Positions 59,185 through 64,000 of a stretch of DNA of 64,000 nucleotides are shown piece by piece; position 1 is the stretch's first letter; each line of letters starts with the position of its first letter. The notes beneath the pieces were generated by a model. That model searched no databases. It was not told the DNA's origin and saw only the letters and a program-made list of their open reading frames with translations. The DNA lies in contig CBDCVR010000014.1 of NCBI GenBank assembly GCA_965223155.1, positions 352,001-416,000 on the forward strand. The letters are read 5' to 3'. A program made the translations under genes and the position numbers. This stretch comes from Candidatus Multivoradales bacterium. Its GTDB lineage: Bacteria > Acidobacteriota > Thermoanaerobaculia > Multivoradales > JAHEKO01.

Positions 59185-59216
59185 GCCCGCCTCCGATCTC
59201 GGGGGCGGGCTCTTTT
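59185..59216 (+). terminator. Rho-independent terminator after hsp20
   Basis: GCCCGCCTCCGA / TCGGGGGCGGGC stem followed by TCTTTT. Confidence 0.7.
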
Positions 59217-59271
59217 CGTCCCGGCGACTCCAGTCTCGAGATCCGCGGAAAGCGGATCGCCGGCGCGCCGC

Positions 59272-61371
59272 CTACCAGCGCGGCCGGCTTTGGATCAGCC
59301 GGCCGGCGCGCTCGCCGTCCAGTGGCTTCGAAAAAAAGAAGCCCTGGCCGTACTCGCACTTCAGGCTCCGCAAGCGCTGGAACTGATCCGGGGTCTCCAG
59401 GCCTTCGGCCGCCACCTCCATCCCCAGGCTGCGGGCCAGCGAGACGATGGTCTCGACGATCTCGTCGCGGCCGCCGTTGCCGTTCATGCGCCGCACGAAC
59501 GACCGGTCGATCTTGACCGTGTGAGTCGGCAGCTTGTGCAGGTAGCTGAGCGAGGAATAACCGGTGCCGAAGTCGTCAAGATGGATCTTGCAGCCCAGCG
59601 CGCGGAGCTGGGAGAGCTTCTCGATGGCGCCCTCGGCGTCATCCATGATCAGGCTCTCGATGATCTCGATACGCAGCTTGCCCGGATCCAGGCCGGTCTC
59701 GTCCAGGATCGAGGTGAGCTGCTCGACCAGGTCACCTTGACTGAACTGACGAGCCGACAGATTAACGCTCAAGGCCAGCTCGGTGCCGCCGGGGACGCCG
59801 TTCCAGCTCACCATCTGCCGGCAGGCCTCACGCAGCACCACCCAGCCGATGGGCACGATCATTCCGGTCTCTTCGGCCACCGGGATGAAATCCCGAGGCA
59901 TCACCAGGCCGCGTTCGGGATGCTGCCAGCGCACCAGGGCTTCGACGCCCTCCATCGTGCCCCTGGCCAAGTCCACGATCGGCTGGTAGTGGACCACGAA
60001 CTCCTGGGCGTCGATGGCTTTGCGCAAATCGGTCTCGAGCTTCAGGAGCTCGACCGCGCGCTGGTGCATGGACTCGTCGAAGACCGCGTAGCCCGCCTTG
60101 CCGTTGCCCTTGGCCCGGTACATGGCGATGTCGGCGTCGCGCAGGACGTCCTGGGGACTCGCGTACCCGGTCGTACTGAGCGCGATGCCGATGCTGGCTC
60201 CGGTGAAGACCTGATGTTGGCCCAGGTCGAACGACCGGTTCAGCTCCTGCTGGATTCTCTCGGCAATGCGAGTTGCGTCGGCGGCCTCTTCGATATCGGT
60301 CGCCAGAATGGCGAACTCGTCGCCGCCCAGGCGCGCGACGGTGTCCCCCGGCCGCAAGAACGACAACAGCCGCTCGCCGATCGCGACCAGCAGCCGGTCG
60401 CCCATCTCGTGTCCGAGGCTGTCGTTGATGACCTTGAAGCGGTCCAGGTCGAAGAAGAGAACGGCGAACTTGTAGTCCGAATCGCGCCGGGCGCGGGCGA
60501 TCGCGACGGTCAGCCTGTCGATAAAGAGAGTCGCGTTGGGAAGCTGGGTCAGGCCGTCGTGGAGAGCGTCGTGTACCAACTGCTCTTCGGCCATCTTGCG
60601 CGGGTGGATGTCGGTTAGCGATCCCGCCAGCCGTACGGCGTCTCCCCGCTCGTTGGCTACCGCCAGTCCGCGCGCCAGAACCCAGCGGTAGGCGCCGCCG
60701 GCGTCCATCAAGCGGTGCTCGCACTCGAAGTGTCCGGTGTCGCCCTCGAGGTGCTGGTCGAGGTCGCCGCGGAGGCCGGGAAGGTCGTTGGGGTGAACCC
60801 TCGAGAACCAGGCGTCGGGGGGCACGGCGCCGCCGTCAGGATCCAGGCCCACGATCTCGCACCACCGGTCCGAGAGATAGATGGTGTCGGCCTGGAGATC
60901 CCAGTCCCAGATCCCGTCGTTGGCCCCGGTCACAGCCAGCGAGTAGCGTTCCTCGGACACCCGAAGCTGTTCCTCGACCCGCTTGCGCTCGATCGCGTAG
61001 CGGATGGAGCGCACCAGAACGTCGGCATCGACCCGGTCCTTGACCAGGTAGTCCTGGGCGCCATCCCGCATTGCCGCAAGCGCCGTACGGTCGTCGTCCT
61101 GACCGGTCATGACCACGACCGGCACCTGGCCGGCGTCCGACAGCACGCGGTCGAAGGTCACCTCGGCATTGCTATCAGGTAGGGACAAATCCAGAAGCAC
61201 GACGTCCAGCCCACCCTCGCGCAGGCGCCGCCGGCCGGTCCCTACCCGATTCGCCCACTCCAGTTCGAACGAGGCGTCCGGCACCGGTTCTTCCAGGTAC
61301 CGCTGCACCAGGGTGGCATCTGCCGGATTGTCCTCGATGAGAAGGACCTTGATCGGGTTGTGCTGCATCAA
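59272..61371 (-). CDS. REC-PAS-GGDEF-EAL c-di-GMP signalling protein
   Basis: Receiver LLDLSLPD, PAS/PAC, RLGGDEF, EALVRW, DDFGTGYSSL. Confidence 0.95.
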   Translation of the reverse strand: MMQHNPIKVLLIEDNPADATLVQRYLEEPVPDASFELEWANRVGTGRRRLREGGLDVVLLDLSLPDSNAEVTFDRVLSDAGQVPVVVMTGQDDDRTALAAMRDGAQDYLVKDRVDADVLVRSIRYAIERKRVEEQLRVSEERYSLAVTGANDGIWDWDLQADTIYLSDRWCEIVGLDPDGGAVPPDAWFSRVHPNDLPGLRGDLDQHLEGDTGHFECEHRLMDAGGAYRWVLARGLAVANERGDAVRLAGSLTDIHPRKMAEEQLVHDALHDGLTQLPNATLFIDRLTVAIARARRDSDYKFAVLFFDLDRFKVINDSLGHEMGDRLLVAIGERLLSFLRPGDTVARLGGDEFAILATDIEEAADATRIAERIQQELNRSFDLGQHQVFTGASIGIALSTTGYASPQDVLRDADIAMYRAKGNGKAGYAVFDESMHQRAVELLKLETDLRKAIDAQEFVVHYQPIVDLARGTMEGVEALVRWQHPERGLVMPRDFIPVAEETGMIVPIGWVVLREACRQMVSWNGVPGGTELALSVNLSARQFSQGDLVEQLTSILDETGLDPGKLRIEIIESLIMDDAEGAIEKLSQLRALGCKIHLDDFGTGYSSLSYLHKLPTHTVKIDRSFVRRMNGNGGRDEIVETIVSLARSLGMEVAAEGLETPDQFQRLRSLKCEYGQGFFFSKPLDGERAGRLIQSRPRW

Positions 61372-62939
61372 GTTTCGGCGGCACCCGGCCGCACTTCAAC
61401 CGGAGTACGCGTCTCGTCCTCGCTAACTGCGATGGTAAAAGAAAAATTTGCTCCCCTACCGGGAGTGGATTCTACCCAAATGCGGCCGCCGTGTCTCTCC
61501 ACGATGCGCTGGCACAGCGCCAAGCCGATGCCGCTTCCGGGCCGCTCGGGGTGCAGCCGGCCGAAAATCTTGAAGATCTTGTCGGAGTCGCGCGGATCCA
61601 TACCGATGCCGTTGTCCTGGACCGAGAAGAGCCAGTGGTCTTCGTCCCGGCGGGCGCTAATCGCTACGACCGGCGGCTCGTCGGACCGGAACTTGAGAGC
61701 GTTCGAGATGAGGTTCTGGAAGACTTGCTCGAGCTCGCCGGCGTCGGCGAGGACGGTCGGCAAGCCCTCCCGGCGAACGGTGGCGCCGTTTTCCTCGATC
61801 AGGGCGCTCAGGTTGCGAATCGCGCCATCGACCAGCGTGTTGCAGTCGCACGCCTCGAACCCCTGCCATCCCGTGCTCAGGCGCGAGAACTCGAGAAGGT
61901 CGGCGACCAACCCCTGCATCCTCTCCACGGCCTCCCGGATATAGGTCAACGACTCGCGCGAGCGCTTGTCGAGCGTCTCCTGGAGGTCTTGCTCCAAGAA
62001 CTCGCTGTACTTGCCCACCGCCCGCAACGGCTCCTTGAGCTCGTGCGAGGCCACCGAAGCAAACGTCAGGAGATCCTGGTTCGAGCGCTCGAGCTCGCGC
62101 ATGCGCTCGTCAAGATCGGCGTCCGCCGAACGCAGGTGGGAGATGTCCTGCATCAGGATGTCGACGACGATGTCGCCGTCCACGTCCAACAGGAGGATCT
62201 CGGTCAGGTTGAGCCAGGCCTGGGTTCCATCGGGCCGTTCGATCTCGACTACCCGGGCCTGGAGCTCCCCTTCGCTGCTCAGCCGCTGCAAGAGATCGGC
62301 CTTGCCTTCCGAATTGGCGTGAAAGTGGGTCGGCAGATCCAGCTTGAGCGCTTCGCTGACCGACTGGACGCCCAAGAGCCGGAGCACCGCAGGATTGGCT
62401 TCCACGAGCCGGCCGTCGAGAGAGGAACGGAAGACACCGACGTTGGCCCGATCCAGGAGGGTCTGGAGCCAGGGCTCGGAGCGGGCGATCTGCTGATCCC
62501 GCTCGGCTGCCTCGAGTGCCCGGCGCAGGGACGGCGCCAGCCGAAGAAATCCCTTGGAGGACTTGAGAATGTAGTCTGCCGCTCCATCCCGCATCGCCCG
62601 CACAGCCTCTTCCACGTCGTCGGCCCGGGTGAAGGCCAGTACCGGAGTACCGGGCTTCGCCCGCTGCACGGTCTCGAGCACCTCCCGGCCGGACGACCAG
62701 GAGAGCTCGAAATCCACGATCACCGCGTCGAAGGCGGCGCCCGCAAGAGCGCGGGCAAAGGCCGTGGCGTCGGGCACCTCGACCAGCTTGGGACGGTCGA
62801 GATCCCGCGCCAAGACCACCGCGGCCAGGGAACGATCTTGCTCGTCCTCGTCGATGAGCAGAATTCTCGGCTCGGTTGGCAGGTGCTCCCCCGGATAGCT
62901 CAGACGATCGCCGGCCGGCGAATCACCCAAACGTCCCAC
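61368..62939 (-). CDS. REC-PAS sensor histidine kinase
   Basis: ASHELKEPL (H box), NLISNALKF, DNGIG, GSGIGLA; start uncertain. Confidence 0.92.
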   Translation of the reverse strand: MGRLGDSPAGDRLSYPGEHLPTEPRILLIDEDEQDRSLAAVVLARDLDRPKLVEVPDATAFARALAGAAFDAVIVDFELSWSSGREVLETVQRAKPGTPVLAFTRADDVEEAVRAMRDGAADYILKSSKGFLRLAPSLRRALEAAERDQQIARSEPWLQTLLDRANVGVFRSSLDGRLVEANPAVLRLLGVQSVSEALKLDLPTHFHANSEGKADLLQRLSSEGELQARVVEIERPDGTQAWLNLTEILLLDVDGDIVVDILMQDISHLRSADADLDERMRELERSNQDLLTFASVASHELKEPLRAVGKYSEFLEQDLQETLDKRSRESLTYIREAVERMQGLVADLLEFSRLSTGWQGFEACDCNTLVDGAIRNLSALIEENGATVRREGLPTVLADAGELEQVFQNLISNALKFRSDEPPVVAISARRDEDHWLFSVQDNGIGMDPRDSDKIFKIFGRLHPERPGSGIGLALCQRIVERHGGRIWVESTPGRGANFSFTIAVSEDETRTPVEVRPGAAET

Positions 62940-63035
62940 AATCGGTGCGTTTTGACAAATCGCGATCTATCGATCGGCCCAGACCGAGCCGGGCGGGTAC
63001 TTGCATCCGGGGAGCCGATTCAGTAAGTCTCGGGA

Positions 63036-63443
63036 ATGCTCGTTCGGCGCCAGATACCGACCCGGGGCAAGGGCCTGGTCGGAATCACCCATGTGCTGGA
63101 GGAAGTCATCGCCGAATCGGGCCTGCGGGAGGGGTTGTGCACGGTCTTCATCCGGCACACTTCGGCCAGCCTGACCATTCAGGAGAACGCCGACCCCGCG
63201 GTGCTGGCCGATCTCCAGGCCTGGCTCGAACGGCTGGTGCCCGAGCACGACGCTCTCTACACCCACACCGAAGAAGGCCCCGACGATATGCCCTCTCACG
63301 TCAAGGCGGCCCTGACGTCCACCTCGATCGGCATTCCGATCGTTGACGGCCGGGCGGCCCTGGGGACTTGGCAGGGGCTCTTCTTGTGGGAGCACCGAAG
63401 CGCGCCCAAGAGCCGCAGCCTCATCTTCCACCTCGCGCCCTAG
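63036..63443 (+). CDS. yjbQ: YjbQ / UPF0047 family protein
   Basis: HTSASLTIQENADP, EGPDDMPSHVK, LGTWQG. Confidence 0.93.
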   Translation: MLVRRQIPTRGKGLVGITHVLEEVIAESGLREGLCTVFIRHTSASLTIQENADPAVLADLQAWLERLVPEHDALYTHTEEGPDDMPSHVKAALTSTSIGIPIVDGRAALGTWQGLFLWEHRSAPKSRSLIFHLAP

Positions 63444-63452
63444 CAGCCCGGC

Positions 63453-64000
63453 ATGCCCAAGGTCTCCGAAGAGTATCTGGAAGCTCGCCGGCGGGGGATT
63501 CTGGTAGCAGCCCAGCGCTGCGTCAGCCGCAAGGGCATCCAGGGGACAACCATGCGGGACATCTGCCGGGCCGCCAACCTCAGCCCGGGCGCCGTCTACC
63601 GCTACTTTCCCAGCAAGGACGAGATCCTAGGCGCGCTCGCCGAGCTCCGGCTGGAGCAGATCCGAGCCTTCTTCCGTTCCCTGCGACGCCCGCTCGCAGC
63701 CGACGAGCTGGCTCGCGCGGTGGCCCAGCTCGCCGGCACGCTGGACGATCCGGCGGCACTCGACGGGCTGCGTCTGGACGTCAGCCTGTGGAGCCGCGCG
63801 CTGCAGTCCGATGAGGTCTCCCGCACCCTGGTTCCGGGGCTCGACGCGGCGATCGAGTCGGTCGAAGCGGGCCTCGACGGCTCGAACGCTCCCGGTACGG
63901 CACGCATCGTCGTGGCCTTGCTCCAGGGCTTGGCCCTGCAGAAGGCCCTCGATCCGGATCTGGACCTCGCCACCCTCGACGACGCGCTCCGCTTTTTCCT
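63453..64000 (+). CDS. TetR-family regulator (runs off the right edge)
   Basis: Manual translation MPKVSEEYLEARRRGILVAAQRCVSRKGIQGTTMRDICRAANLSPGAVYRYFPSKDEIL. Confidence 0.9.
   Translation, partial: MPKVSEEYLEARRRGILVAAQRCVSRKGIQGTTMRDICRAANLSPGAVYRYFPSKDEILGALAELRLEQIRAFFRSLRRPLAADELARAVAQLAGTLDDPAALDGLRLDVSLWSRALQSDEVSRTLVPGLDAAIESVEAGLDGSNAPGTARIVVALLQGLALQKALDPDLDLATLDDALRFF

Overview
High-GC bacterial chromosome segment; gene content and style suggest an Acidobacteriota-like organism (inference). Left to right: (1) 1-6941, a glycosyltransferase/sulfotransferase locus containing a PqqD/RRE protein with a fused lasso-type YxxPxL leader-like tail, an HPr-kinase-like kinase and a degenerate nucleotidyltransferase. 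(2) About 7000-14300, unrelated accessory genes separated by a family of REP-like arms (ATTCGGTGACAGGATAC...GTATCCTGTCACCGAAT), ending in an unannotated remnant of a REP-associated tyrosine transposase (RAYT). One hairpin is split by an intact IS1111-type IS110 element whose 3' non-coding region contains readable bridge-RNA guides for that repeat. (3) 14335-32707, an ~18.3-kb island integrated in tRNA-Lys(UUU) with a 45-bp direct repeat. It carries a tyrosine integrase, an excisionase-like protein, a Replic_Relax relaxase, two VirD4-like ATPases, primase-like, RadC and KTSC genes, a restriction-modification pair, AlbA/Schlafen and SEC-C nuclease genes, an iteron-like origin and a ~440-bp hairpin-dense non-coding region. 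No mating-pore genes are present. (4) Core genes: fcl, purA, a large diheme lipoprotein, an ABC1 kinase, patatin/phasin/phaR (frameshifted)/ArsA pair, ferredoxin, galU-like, a MITE, galK, a TRAP transporter, cbpA-clpB-rhomboid-hsp20 with HAIR-like operators, a GGDEF/EAL protein with a histidine kinase, yjbQ and a TetR regulator. All calls were made by eye from motifs; no database searches were run.
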